From the NCBI GenBank assembly GCA_031376145.1, contig JANMDF010000072.1, forward strand, positions 1-36,931: a stretch of 36,931 nt of DNA, written 5' to 3'. The DNA comes from Alphaproteobacteria bacterium. GTDB taxonomy: Bacteria > Pseudomonadota > Alphaproteobacteria > JAJTHO01 > CANGXP01. Below are positions 7,186 to 15,698 of this stretch, in pieces. The position numbers and the translations under genes are program-made. The notes beneath the pieces are model-generated. The model searched no databases. It saw only the letters and a list, made by a program, of their open reading frames with translations, and was not told the DNA's origin. Position 1 is the first letter of the stretch. Each line of letters opens with the position of its first letter.

Positions 7186-8373
7186 TTAATTGAAATCCGG
7201 CATCACTCGTTTCAGGAATTCTTCAAATAACGGCACAGTAAAGGCTGTATCGCCGTGGGCAGGGCTGTAAATCATGCCTTTTTTGATAAGTTGTGCCCGC
7301 AGTGGCGCAATGCGGCTAACAGGCACATTCAATTTCTCGGCAATATCACCTGAACGTTGCGGCGTGCCGCCCAATTCCGCCAATGCTCGTACATAGCGCT
7401 TCTCGCTTGGCGTAAGGCGGTCGAAGCGTACACGGAAAAAGTCTTTGTCTAGTTTATTAATGGCGCGTGTTGTGGCGGTATCTATATCTTCCTTAGTGAT
7501 TTTCTTTGTGGATGCCACATTCCAGGCCTGATACCCCCACTCCTGCAAAAAATAAGGATAGCCTTTAGTAATATTCAGAATTTCTGTAAGTGCATCAGGG
7601 GTAAAGCTAACGCCTTGTTGCAGTACGGGCGCTTGTAGCGCCTGCATAGCGTCTGCTGCCAGTAATTGCCCTACTTGGGGGTAGGTAAACAGCCGTTCGG
7701 CATAAGACTTAGAATTGCCCGCTTTTCCCACCAATTGCGGCAGCCCTGCCCCCACCACTACAAGCGGCAACCCTTTTTGCGAGATGCGATGCACCGCCAT
7801 AATCAGTGCACTAAGTTCGGTTTCCTCTAAATATTGTAATTCATCAATAATAATGGCAATGCCCGTGTTGCGGCTGGCAGCAGCCTCACCTACGGCGATA
7901 AATAAATCGGCCAAGTCAAACTCTAAATCCCCGCTATCAGCCACCCCTTTTTCTGGTTCAGCAATGCTGAAGTCAAAAAGATCATATTTAATTTTGAACT
8001 TGCTGACAAAACTTTGCAGCACGCGCAATGCGCTTTTTACTTGCGTGCTAAGACGTTCCGCATTGTCAAGTCTTAGCAAAATACGCCGCAAGTGCGGCAT
8101 CAACAAGGCAGGGAGTTTTTTGTTACTTCTGTCTTCAATAGCCTCAATAAACGCTGTTTCATACCCCTTGGCGCGGGCGATATTCTCAATTTCATTGAGC
8201 AATACGGTTTTACCCACGCCGCGTAGACCCACCAGCAACATGCTTTTTTCGGCACGACCATTTTTAATGCGCTCCAACGCCACACGCGCCTGCTCCAGAA
8301 TTTCTTGCCGTCCTGCCAGTTCTGGCGGCGGTGTTCCTGCGCCCGGCGCAAAGGGGTTATGCTCTACGTCCAC
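7186..8373 (-). CDS. P-loop ATPase (ORC/Cdc6- or STAND-like AAA, PF01637/AAA_16 type) with a C-terminal wHTH-like region
   Basis: 395 aa with a GTG start. The N-terminal NPFAPGAGTPPPELAGRQEIL is typical of this ATPase class. Walker A is GLRGVGKT and Walker B is IAIIIDELQ. The C-terminal LTPSEKRYVRALAELGGTPQRSGDIAEKLNVPVSRIAPLRAQLIKKGMIY looks like a wHTH. Confidence 0.8.
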   Translation of the reverse strand: MDVEHNPFAPGAGTPPPELAGRQEILEQARVALERIKNGRAEKSMLLVGLRGVGKTVLLNEIENIARAKGYETAFIEAIEDRSNKKLPALLMPHLRRILLRLDNAERLSTQVKSALRVLQSFVSKFKIKYDLFDFSIAEPEKGVADSGDLEFDLADLFIAVGEAAASRNTGIAIIIDELQYLEETELSALIMAVHRISQKGLPLVVVGAGLPQLVGKAGNSKSYAERLFTYPQVGQLLAADAMQALQAPVLQQGVSFTPDALTEILNITKGYPYFLQEWGYQAWNVASTKKITKEDIDTATTRAINKLDKDFFRVRFDRLTPSEKRYVRALAELGGTPQRSGDIAEKLNVPVSRIAPLRAQLIKKGMIYSPAHGDTAFTVPLFEEFLKRVMPDFN

Positions 8374-8392
8374 TATACAAACCTTATGAGGA

Positions 8393-8421
8393 ATTATAAG
8401 AGTTATCTTATGTATTAGTAA
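8393..8421 (-). promoter_or_regulatory. Candidate sigma-70 promoter of the ATPase gene
   Basis: On the minus strand: TTACTA (8421-8416), a 17-nt spacer, then a perfect TATAAT (8398-8393). It lies about 20 nt upstream of the GTG start, within a very AT-rich spacer. Confidence 0.4.
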
Positions 8422-8467
8422 GATTGATAATATACTATAATATTGCTATAAGTGGCAAGAGATTTTT

Positions 8468-8537
8468 TCTCACCCCCCCGTCTTTAGCACCTCAATAAAC
8501 GCGCTTTGCGGAATTTCCACATTCCCGAATTCGCGCA
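8468..8537 (-). repeat. Functional lepA 3' terminus, the proximal copy of the 70-bp repeat
   Basis: See 7111-7180. It covers the last 22 codons, the TGA stop and 2 nt beyond it. Confidence 0.9.
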
Positions 8538-10269
8538 TTTTCTTCTTTCCTTTTTTCTGTTTATCCAGCAGCTTACGCTTTCTTGTTACATCACCACCAT
8601 AACAGCGCGCCAGCACATCTTTGCGGAAGGCCTGCACCGTCTCACGGGCAATAATTTTCGCACCAATCGCGGCTTGAATGGGGATTTTGAACTGGTGCTG
8701 CGGCACCAGATCTTTCAGTTTTTCACACATCGCCCTGCCCCGCTTTTCAGCGGCAGACTTATGAACCAGAATCGACAATGCATCAACAACATCACCATTC
8801 ACCATGATAGACAGTTTACATAAATCGCCTTCCTGGTAGCCATCCAGGTGATAATCAAAGCTGGCATAGCCACGGCTGACAGACTTCAGGCGATCATAAA
8901 AATCAAACACCACCTCATTGAGGGGCAGTTTATAGACCAGCATGGCGCGTGTGCCGGTATGGGTCATGGTTTCCTGCACCCCGCGCCGTTCGGTGCACAG
9001 TGTCAGAATATTGCCGATATATTCATCAGGCACAAAGATGGTGGCCTTAATCCAGGGTTCTTCGATGGTGGCTATCTGTGATGGATCTGGATAATCGGCA
9101 GGGTTATGCAGCTCATAACTCTTACCGTTGGTTTCGGTAATGCGGTACACTACGCTGGGGGCGGTAGTGATCAGATCCAGGTTAAACTCGCGCTCCAAAC
9201 GCTCCTGAATAATTTCCAGGTGCAGCAACCCCAGACACCCGCAACGAAAACCAAAGCCCAGCGCCGCCGAAGAATCCGCCTCATACTGAAAACTGGCATC
9301 GTTCAGTGCCAGCTTGCCTAAACTATCGCGCAAATCCTGAAAATCCGCCGCATCCACGGGAAACAGGCCACAGAACACCACCGGCGTTGATGGCTTGAAC
9401 CCATCCAGCGGCTGTTCCACAGGTTTTGCTTCCAGGGTAATCGTATCCCCCACCCGCGCATCAGCAATTTCCTTAATGCTGGCGGTCAGAAAGCCAATCT
9501 CACCGGCATTCAACGCTGCCACATGCAGGGCTTTTGGTGTAAAAATACCGACTTTATCAACGGTATGGATGGCACCCGTGCCCATCATCAGAATTTTCTG
9601 ACCGCTTTTCAGCACACCACTGACAACCCGCACCAGAATGACCACACCCAGATATTTATCATACCAGCTGTCAATCAGCAGGGCTTGCAGCTTGTCTGTT
9701 GTGGGTTGTCTGGGGGCAGGCAGACGGTGAACAATCGCCTCCAGGGTCTCTTCAATACCAATGCCACTTTTAGCGGAAATCAACAGGGCATCAGAGGCAT
9801 CAATACCGATCACATCTTCAATCTGCTGTTTAATGCGCTCTGGTTCAGCGGCAGGCAGATCAATTTTGTTGAGTACGGGGACAATCTCATGGTGATTGTC
9901 AATGGCCTGATAGACGTTGGCCAGCGTCTGCGCCTCCACCCCCTGGCTGGCATCCACAACCAGCAAGGAGCCTTCACAGGCTTTGAGCGACCGGCTCACC
10001 TCATAGGCAAAATCCACATGCCCGGGCGTATCAATGAGATTCAACTGATACGTCTGGCCATCTTTGGCTTTATAGGTAAGACGCACGGTTTGTGCTTTGA
10101 TTGTAATGCCACGCTCTTTCTCAATATCCATTGAGTCAAGAACCTGCTCGGTCATTTCCCGGGCTTCCAACCCCCCGCAATGCTGAATAAGCCGGTCGGC
10201 CAAGGTGGATTTACCGTGGTCAATATGGGCGATGATGGAGAAGTTACGGATATGAGAGATGTCGGTCAT
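8470..10269 (-). CDS. lepA: Elongation factor 4 (LepA)
   Basis: [27 protein letters not shown]..., then DTPGHVDF and NKID GTPase motifs. The length from ATG 10269 is about 599 aa. The track ORF extends to 10518, but that leader overlaps brnA and is not LepA-like. Confidence 0.95.
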   Translation of the reverse strand: MTDISHIRNFSIIAHIDHGKSTLADRLIQHCGGLEAREMTEQVLDSMDIEKERGITIKAQTVRLTYKAKDGQTYQLNLIDTPGHVDFAYEVSRSLKACEGSLLVVDASQGVEAQTLANVYQAIDNHHEIVPVLNKIDLPAAEPERIKQQIEDVIGIDASDALLISAKSGIGIEETLEAIVHRLPAPRQPTTDKLQALLIDSWYDKYLGVVILVRVVSGVLKSGQKILMMGTGAIHTVDKVGIFTPKALHVAALNAGEIGFLTASIKEIADARVGDTITLEAKPVEQPLDGFKPSTPVVFCGLFPVDAADFQDLRDSLGKLALNDASFQYEADSSAALGFGFRCGCLGLLHLEIIQERLEREFNLDLITTAPSVVYRITETNGKSYELHNPADYPDPSQIATIEEPWIKATIFVPDEYIGNILTLCTERRGVQETMTHTGTRAMLVYKLPLNEVVFDFYDRLKSVSRGYASFDYHLDGYQEGDLCKLSIMVNGDVVDALSILVHKSAAEKRGRAMCEKLKDLVPQHQFKIPIQAAIGAKIIARETVQAFRKDVLARCYGGDVTRKRKLLDKQKKGKKKMREFGNVEIPQSAFIEVLKTGG

Positions 10270-10292
10270 ATCCTTGCTATACGCGAGGTTGC

Positions 10293-10604
10293 TTAGCGAG
10301 GCAAGGCAGGGAAATCGTCCCCGCGCCATTTTCCATTCTGCTGTCGTTCTTCGCTGATTTTCTCCTCCAGCAATATCTTCATCAGCGATTGATACGGCAC
10401 ATCGCGTTTGTTGGCCATCACCTTCAGTGCATCCAGAAGATGTGCTGGCAGGCGAAGAGAGATGGTGTGGGTAGAGGGTTTGAGGTTTGGAAAAACAGCA
10501 GAAGCCGCGCTTGTCCAAGGAATATAATCCGTGGAATCATGGGTTTGCCAGAAGGCATCTTCTTCTGCCTCTGTATTAAAAAGTGGGGGGTGTTTTTTGC
10601 GCAT
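10293..10604 (-). CDS. brnA: BrnA-like (CopG/RHH-type) antitoxin
   Basis: Starting at ATG 10604: [28 protein letters not shown]...[34 protein letters not shown]. This is the typical BrnA layout. It overlaps the brnT 3' end by 29 nt. Confidence 0.7.
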   Translation of the reverse strand: MRKKHPPLFNTEAEEDAFWQTHDSTDYIPWTSAASAVFPNLKPSTHTISLRLPAHLLDALKVMANKRDVPYQSLMKILLEEKISEERQQNGKWRGDDFPALPR

Positions 10605-10908
10605 ATATAGCCCTCTCTTTGCGGTGCATATCGCGCAGCGAAATGATGCGCAGAAAATTCTCTCTGACCGTGAAGACCACAAACAATAAACGTCCGGCGT
10701 TTGTTTGTCCCAAGGCGTAATACCGTAGTTCTGTTGAAGAGTGTCTTGCGTCATCCCCCACCACTAGAGGGCTGTTAAAAAATACTTCTTCAGCCTCTGC
10801 ATTGCGTACCCCATGTTTATCCAGGTTCTTGCGGGTATTGCCTTCATCCCACAAGAACCCTTCGGCCGTGAAGGGCAAAAAAAATCGCGACACCATTGTT
10901 GTATACAA
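10576..10908 (-). CDS. brnT: BrnT-family (DUF497) toxin
   Basis: FLWDEGNTRKNLDKHGVRNAEAEEVFFN...[43 protein letters not shown] matches the BrnT/DUF497 signature (WDxxKxxxNxxKHGV...ER...R.ISAR). ATG 10896 is an alternative start. Confidence 0.8.
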   Translation of the reverse strand: MYTTMVSRFFLPFTAEGFLWDEGNTRKNLDKHGVRNAEAEEVFFNSPLVVGDDARHSSTELRYYALGQTNAGRLLFVVFTVRENFLRIISLRDMHRKERAIYAQKTPPTF

Positions 10909-10963
10909 CCATAATATACAGGAAAGGCAATATTTTTGCAGCGCATACCCATCGTATACTTAT

Positions 10964-10982
10964 CGCACATGAAGAATGTGCG
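10964..10982. promoter_or_regulatory. Perfect 7-5-7 inverted repeat (candidate operator upstream of brnTA)
   Basis: cgcacat-gaaga-atgtgcg, 56 bp upstream of the brnT ORF start. Its 14-nt core acatgaagaatgtg recurs at 11057-11070. Confidence 0.4.
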
Positions 10983-11055
10983 ATGTAACGCTCAAACGCC
11001 GCGCGGGCTTTGCCGCTCGCAAAGTATTTTTACAAATCTTCAGATGCGAGCGGTA

Positions 11056-11070
11056 TACATGAAGAATGTG
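11056..11070. promoter_or_regulatory. Second copy of the acatgaagaatgtg core (weaker palindrome)
   Basis: An exact 14-nt repeat of 10967-10980, 90 bp away. GTATAC hexamers sit at 10954, 11053 and 11081. Confidence 0.3.
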
Positions 11071-11195
11071 ATGTGGATGGGTATACGGGATATAAATCTT
11101 CTACACTGTTGCGCTTATGTAGCGAAGATACAGCAATTTACCAAGGGCAGAAGCTGGGACTTCCATCATATCGCCAAGCAGCGTATGTAGGCATC

Positions 11196-14100
11196 ATGAA
11201 ACTTGCGCGTCAATTTCTGCTGCTTGCTGTAATGCTGGGAATATATGCCAGCACAGGGACGGCACGTGCAGCAGACGTCCCCCTGCGTCTGGGGGAACAT
11301 CCGACGTTTATCCGTGTTGTATTTGACTGGGAAAGCACCCCCGATTACACCGTTGAACGGCGTGACGGGCAGGTCTTAATCATTTTCAAAACAACCGCCA
11401 GCATCAAGGTTGCTGGCCGGTCGAATATCCAGGCAATCAACAATATCAGCAGTGAGCAGCGCGGCAGCAAATTATTTGTAGCGGTTGACCTCAACCGCCC
11501 CATTTACGGCATTCACACGTTTACCAGCGGCACCAAAGTTGTCGTGGATATGAGCACCAGTGCCACTACCAACGGTGCTCCCCTGCCAAAACCAGCAGCA
11601 GCCATGGAACTGAATACCAGCACTGCATCCACCCCGCCTGCACCAGCACCACCAAAAACAATACCTCCTGCCCCGCAGCCAGCACCGACCACTGCAAAAC
11701 CCGCAGCCCCACTACCCGCTGCAGCCCCCTCCCCTGCTACAACACCGGCAGCCGTTGCGGACGGAGCACAACCACCCGAAGATGTCGCACCCACACAGAC
11801 AGTGCAAACCCCGGCCGACAAACCAAAACCTCCTGCTGCCCCTTTTAAAATTGACGTGGCGCAGGGCGATGATGCTTTAAGCCTTAAATTTCCCTGGGTA
11901 CAGGAGACTGGTGCAGCCGTTTTTGAGCGTGCCGGGTATGTCTGGCTGGTATTCGATCAGCCCGCCCAGATCGATGTTGATGATTTGCTGACTAAATCTG
12001 GAAAATTATTGACCAGTGCCAGGCATTACAGTGACCCTAAATTTACCATCCTGCGCCTGCAGCTCAGTAAGCCGCTGCGCCCCAGCGTCTGGCGGCGCGG
12101 CACATCCTGGAATATTGACCTGCGCCTGCAGGATGTGAATCCTGAAGTCGGTGTGGATTTAAACGTTGAGCCCCTGGCGAAACCGCTGCCACGGGTTTTA
12201 CTGGTACTGCCCAGCATTACGCAGGTATTTCGTGTGCTTGACCCCGGCGTGGGTGATCATGTGTGGATTGCGACGGCTGCCGGTGTGAGCTATGGCAACG
12301 TTTTGATGCGTGATCTACCCAATTTCCAACTGCTGGCAAGCGCACAGGGTATCGCTGTTGTCCCCAAAAGCGCCGGAATTCAAGCCAGCAGAACACCAGA
12401 AGGCATCGCGCTGACATCCCCTGATGGACTCCTGGTATCTGCAGAAGCCGCAAAAGGGGACAATGCCAAAACAGCCAACGCCAAAGTTCTTTTTGACTAT
12501 AAAGCCTGGGCGCAAGTCCCAGGAAAAAAATTTTATGCCCGCAAACAATCGTTGCAGCGTGCGATTGTTGATGCCCCAAAAAATCGACGCAGTGCCAAAC
12601 GCATGGAGTTGGCGCAGTTTCTGTTTGCGCATGGTTTTGCCGCAGAGGCTATTGGTGTCGTTGATGTTATCATTGCTGATGACCCGCAAGTGGCCGGCAT
12701 TATTCCCTTAAAATTTCTGACCGGTGCGGGATCATTCCTGCAGTCCTTCAATGATGCCGCCATGCAGTCTTTTCAAGATGACAGATTCGCCGCGTATCCG
12801 GAGGGGAAACTCTGGCAGGCAGCCATTCTGGCCACCGCTGGTGACACTGTAAAAGCCACTGCTGCTGCCGACAGTGCCGGCGGTGTTCCCGCGACATATC
12901 CAGCCAGAATAGCCGTGGCACTGTCCCTGCCGATTGCAGAGGCCTATATTCAGCAGAACAGGCTCGACAAGGCCGCTGTCATCCTCGACGATCTGGCTGT
13001 ACGCGGCGCAACCCCGGCAGAAAAAAATCGCATTGCCTATACAAAAGGGGTGCTGCTGCACGGCAAAGGGAAAAATTTTCAGGCACGCAAGCTCTGGGAA
13101 AATCTGACAAAGACGGAAGATCAATGGAGCCGCACAAGGGCGGAATTTTCCCTGACCATGCTTGGACTGGAAGAAAAAAAATTAAGCCCTAAAGACGCCG
13201 TCGCGGCTTTTGAACGGTTGCGCTATGCGTGGCGTGGTGATGGTTTTGAATTCAAGATCCTGCAGCAGCTTGGCAACCTGTATTTGGATACTAAAGATTA
13301 TCGCCGTGGCCTGCGCACTTTACAGGAAGCCATACGCCGCTTCGGCAAGCATCCGCAAAAAGCTGCCCTTGAAAAGCAGATGAATGATACATTCCGCCTG
13401 TTGTATCTGGAGGGGGGTGCTGATGGGGTACCCCCCCTGACAGCTCTGGCATTATTTGATGAATTCCGCGGTCTTACGCCCAATACGCCGGAGGGGGATC
13501 AGATGATTCAGAATCTGGCTGATCGCCTGGTCGGCGTTGATTTGCTGGATCGTGCCAGCGACCTGCTCAAACACCAGATTCAGGAACGCTTGACAGGCGA
13601 TAACAAAGCCCGGGTTGGGGCACGCCTTGCCCTGATTCAACTGTTGGATCATGATGCGAATGGCGCACTGGAAGGCCTGAATTTATCCAACGAACCCATT
13701 GCTGATCCTGATTTAATACGGAAACGCACCTACTTGCGTGCCAGAGCCTTAGTAATGAAAGATGTTCCCGATGAAGCCTTGTTGCTGCTTGCAGGGGACA
13801 CAACAACCCGCGCCAACGAACTGCGCAGCGAAATCATGTGGGCAAAACAGGATTTCCCAAAACTGATCCAGATTCTGGATAAAATGATTGCTGTTAAGCC
13901 CAATGACACAACAATCAGTGACCGACAGGCGCAATACATCCTGAGTCTGGCTCTGGCATTATCCATGAATCAGGATTACGATCGCCTTGAAAACCTGAAA
14001 AAAGATTACGGTGCCTTAATGCGCCAGACCAGCTATCAGCAGACTTTTGACCTGGTAGCCACCCCGCCACCGGACACCAGCCTGAAAAGCTATAATGAAC

Positions 14101-14198
14101 TGGCTGACCGCTTCGCAGACATTCAGAGTTTCCAGAACTTCCTGGATGATTACCGCCAACAGCTGAAAACCGGCAAACTCAGTGGTACAATGCAGTAG
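11196..14198 (+). CDS. Secreted ~1000-aa protein: AMIN-like beta module(s), a Pro/Ala/Thr-rich linker and a long TPR-like helical C-terminus
   Basis: I place the start at ATG 11196, giving the signal peptide MKLARQFLLLAVMLGIYASTGTARA|AD. LRLGEHPTFIRVVFDWESTPDYTVERRDGQVLIIF is AMIN-like. A PAPAPPKTIPPAPQPAPTTAKPAAPLPAAAPSP linker follows. The C-terminal ~550 aa is helical and repeat-like. Confidence 0.7.
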   Translation: MKLARQFLLLAVMLGIYASTGTARAADVPLRLGEHPTFIRVVFDWESTPDYTVERRDGQVLIIFKTTASIKVAGRSNIQAINNISSEQRGSKLFVAVDLNRPIYGIHTFTSGTKVVVDMSTSATTNGAPLPKPAAAMELNTSTASTPPAPAPPKTIPPAPQPAPTTAKPAAPLPAAAPSPATTPAAVADGAQPPEDVAPTQTVQTPADKPKPPAAPFKIDVAQGDDALSLKFPWVQETGAAVFERAGYVWLVFDQPAQIDVDDLLTKSGKLLTSARHYSDPKFTILRLQLSKPLRPSVWRRGTSWNIDLRLQDVNPEVGVDLNVEPLAKPLPRVLLVLPSITQVFRVLDPGVGDHVWIATAAGVSYGNVLMRDLPNFQLLASAQGIAVVPKSAGIQASRTPEGIALTSPDGLLVSAEAAKGDNAKTANAKVLFDYKAWAQVPGKKFYARKQSLQRAIVDAPKNRRSAKRMELAQFLFAHGFAAEAIGVVDVIIADDPQVAGIIPLKFLTGAGSFLQSFNDAAMQSFQDDRFAAYPEGKLWQAAILATAGDTVKATAAADSAGGVPATYPARIAVALSLPIAEAYIQQNRLDKAAVILDDLAVRGATPAEKNRIAYTKGVLLHGKGKNFQARKLWENLTKTEDQWSRTRAEFSLTMLGLEEKKLSPKDAVAAFERLRYAWRGDGFEFKILQQLGNLYLDTKDYRRGLRTLQEAIRRFGKHPQKAALEKQMNDTFRLLYLEGGADGVPPLTALALFDEFRGLTPNTPEGDQMIQNLADRLVGVDLLDRASDLLKHQIQERLTGDNKARVGARLALIQLLDHDANGALEGLNLSNEPIADPDLIRKRTYLRARALVMKDVPDEALLLLAGDTTTRANELRSEIMWAKQDFPKLIQILDKMIAVKPNDTTISDRQAQYILSLALALSMNQDYDRLENLKKDYGALMRQTSYQQTFDLVATPPPDTSLKSYNELADRFADIQSFQNFLDDYRQQLKTGKLSGTMQ

Positions 14199-14384
14199 AT
14201 GGAACAGTGATTAATCCTTTATTTGCTTAATCCAGCTATTTATAGATCTCACACTGTAAACCTGCACCAGGATGGATCCCAGCCTTGGCTGGGGTCCATC
14301 GTCCGGCAGCGTAGAATCATGGTGCAGTTTTATAGTGTTATGTCTATATCTATATACAAGCGACCGCTAGGGTTTTGGAGCAGC

Positions 14385-15698
14385 ATGCGTATCAGTGTTT
14401 TTGGTTTGGGTTATGTTGGCAGCGTTACCTCGGCCTGCCTGGCCAACGATGGCCATACCGTGATTGGCGTTGATGTTGCTGATGTCAAAGTGAACCTGAT
14501 CAACAACAGCCGGGCACCCATCATCGAAACCGGACTCAATGCCCTCATAGATACCGCTGTTAAGAGTGGCACACTACGCGCCACCACTGACGCTGCGGAA
14601 GCGATAGCACAGACCGACATAGCGATGATCTGTGTAGGCACACCTTCGAAAAACAATGGTGATCTGAATACAGATCATCTGCAACAAACCTGCACACAGA
14701 TTGGTTCAGTACTGGCCAGCAGGATAGATTATTTTACCATCGTCATTCGTTCCACTGTCCTGCCCGGCACGATCAGCAATCTGGTGATTCCAACCCTTGA
14801 GCAGGCCAGCGGCAAGCGTGCCGGTGTGGACTTCGGTGTTGGCAATAACCCGGAATTCCTGCGCGAAGGAACTGCTGTACATGATTATTATAACCCGGCA
14901 AAAACCGTCATTGGCGGCATTGATGCGCGCACCACGGACAGTATTGCCAGCCTGTACCGCCACTTGCAGGCTCCCCTCATCGTCACCGACATGCACACTG
15001 CCGAACTGGTTAAATATGCGGATAATGTCTGGCATGCTGTAAAAGTGGCGTTTGCCAATGAAATCGGGGTTATTGCCAAGTCAGTTAATGTGGACAGTCA
15101 TCAGGTGATGAATATTTTCTGTCAGGATACGAAACTGAACTTATCACCATACTATCTGAAACCCGGTTTTGCCTTTGGTGGCTCCTGCCTGCCAAAAGAC
15201 TTGCGTGCACTGAACTATTGTGCGCGCAGCCGCGATCTCACCCTACCACTGTTGAGTTCTGTGCTGCCCAGTAACGCCCTGCACATTGAACGGGGTATTG
15301 CGGCAATTCTGGCTACACAAAAACAACGCATCGGTATTCTGGGATTCAGTTTTAAGGCCGGCACAGATGATTTACGCGAAAGCCCCATGGTGCAGGTCAT
15401 CGAAACCCTGATTGGTAAAGGTAAAACCCTGCAGCTTTATGATCACAGTGTAAACCTCGCCAGCCTGGTGGGGGCTAATAAAAACTATATTCTTGAACGT
15501 ATTCCCCATATTTCGCGCCTGATGGTAGAAACTATTGAAACGATTCTTGAACAGGCAGAAGTTGTGGTGATTGGCAATCACGATCCGGCGTTTGCCGAGA
15601 TATTACCCAGACTCAAGCCATCACAGCAGGTCATTGACCTGGTGCGCATTACCGATTCCCCCGCAACGCCAGGACAATACCATGGCCTCTGCTGGTAA
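14385..15698 (+). CDS. Nucleotide-sugar dehydrogenase, GDP-mannose 6-dehydrogenase (AlgD)-like
   Basis: From ATG 14385: MRISVFGLGYVGSVTSACLANDGHTVIGVDV..., then NPEFLREGTAVHDY and GGSCLPKD, which carries the catalytic Cys motif. It is closest in feel to AlgD, but the UDP-glucose dehydrogenase family cannot be excluded. Confidence 0.85.
   Translation: MRISVFGLGYVGSVTSACLANDGHTVIGVDVADVKVNLINNSRAPIIETGLNALIDTAVKSGTLRATTDAAEAIAQTDIAMICVGTPSKNNGDLNTDHLQQTCTQIGSVLASRIDYFTIVIRSTVLPGTISNLVIPTLEQASGKRAGVDFGVGNNPEFLREGTAVHDYYNPAKTVIGGIDARTTDSIASLYRHLQAPLIVTDMHTAELVKYADNVWHAVKVAFANEIGVIAKSVNVDSHQVMNIFCQDTKLNLSPYYLKPGFAFGGSCLPKDLRALNYCARSRDLTLPLLSSVLPSNALHIERGIAAILATQKQRIGILGFSFKAGTDDLRESPMVQVIETLIGKGKTLQLYDHSVNLASLVGANKNYILERIPHISRLMVETIETILEQAEVVVIGNHDPAFAEILPRLKPSQQVIDLVRITDSPATPGQYHGLCW

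Larger units (their letters stand above)
7181..8467 (-). mobile_element. Islet 1: single-gene ATPase cassette flanked by 70-bp direct repeats
   Basis: This is exactly the interval between the repeat copies 7111-7180 and 8468-8537. It contains one gene and an AT-rich promoter region, and no recombinase. Confidence 0.55.

Noticed and set aside
9523-10134. A 203-aa plus-strand ORF.
   Set aside because: It is antisense to the strongly supported lepA gene and has no recognisable motifs. It is a typical shadow ORF.
10270-10518. The N-terminal 83-codon extension of the lepA ORF in the six-frame track.
   Set aside because: The extension overlaps brnA in another frame and is not LepA-like. The canonical LepA N-terminus [21 protein letters not shown] begins at ATG 10269.
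11010-11195. A 62-codon upstream extension of the large secreted protein ORF.
   Set aside because: A clear signal peptide begins at ATG 11196. The extension also covers the intergenic region that carries the palindromic repeats.
11513-11821. A 102-aa minus-strand ORF, and the apparent repetitiveness of the DNA as a possible tandem repeat or CRISPR array.
   Set aside because: It is the antisense shadow of the Pro/Ala/Thr-rich linker of the 1000-aa protein. The repetitiveness is low-complexity codon usage. There are no unit repeats with spacers.
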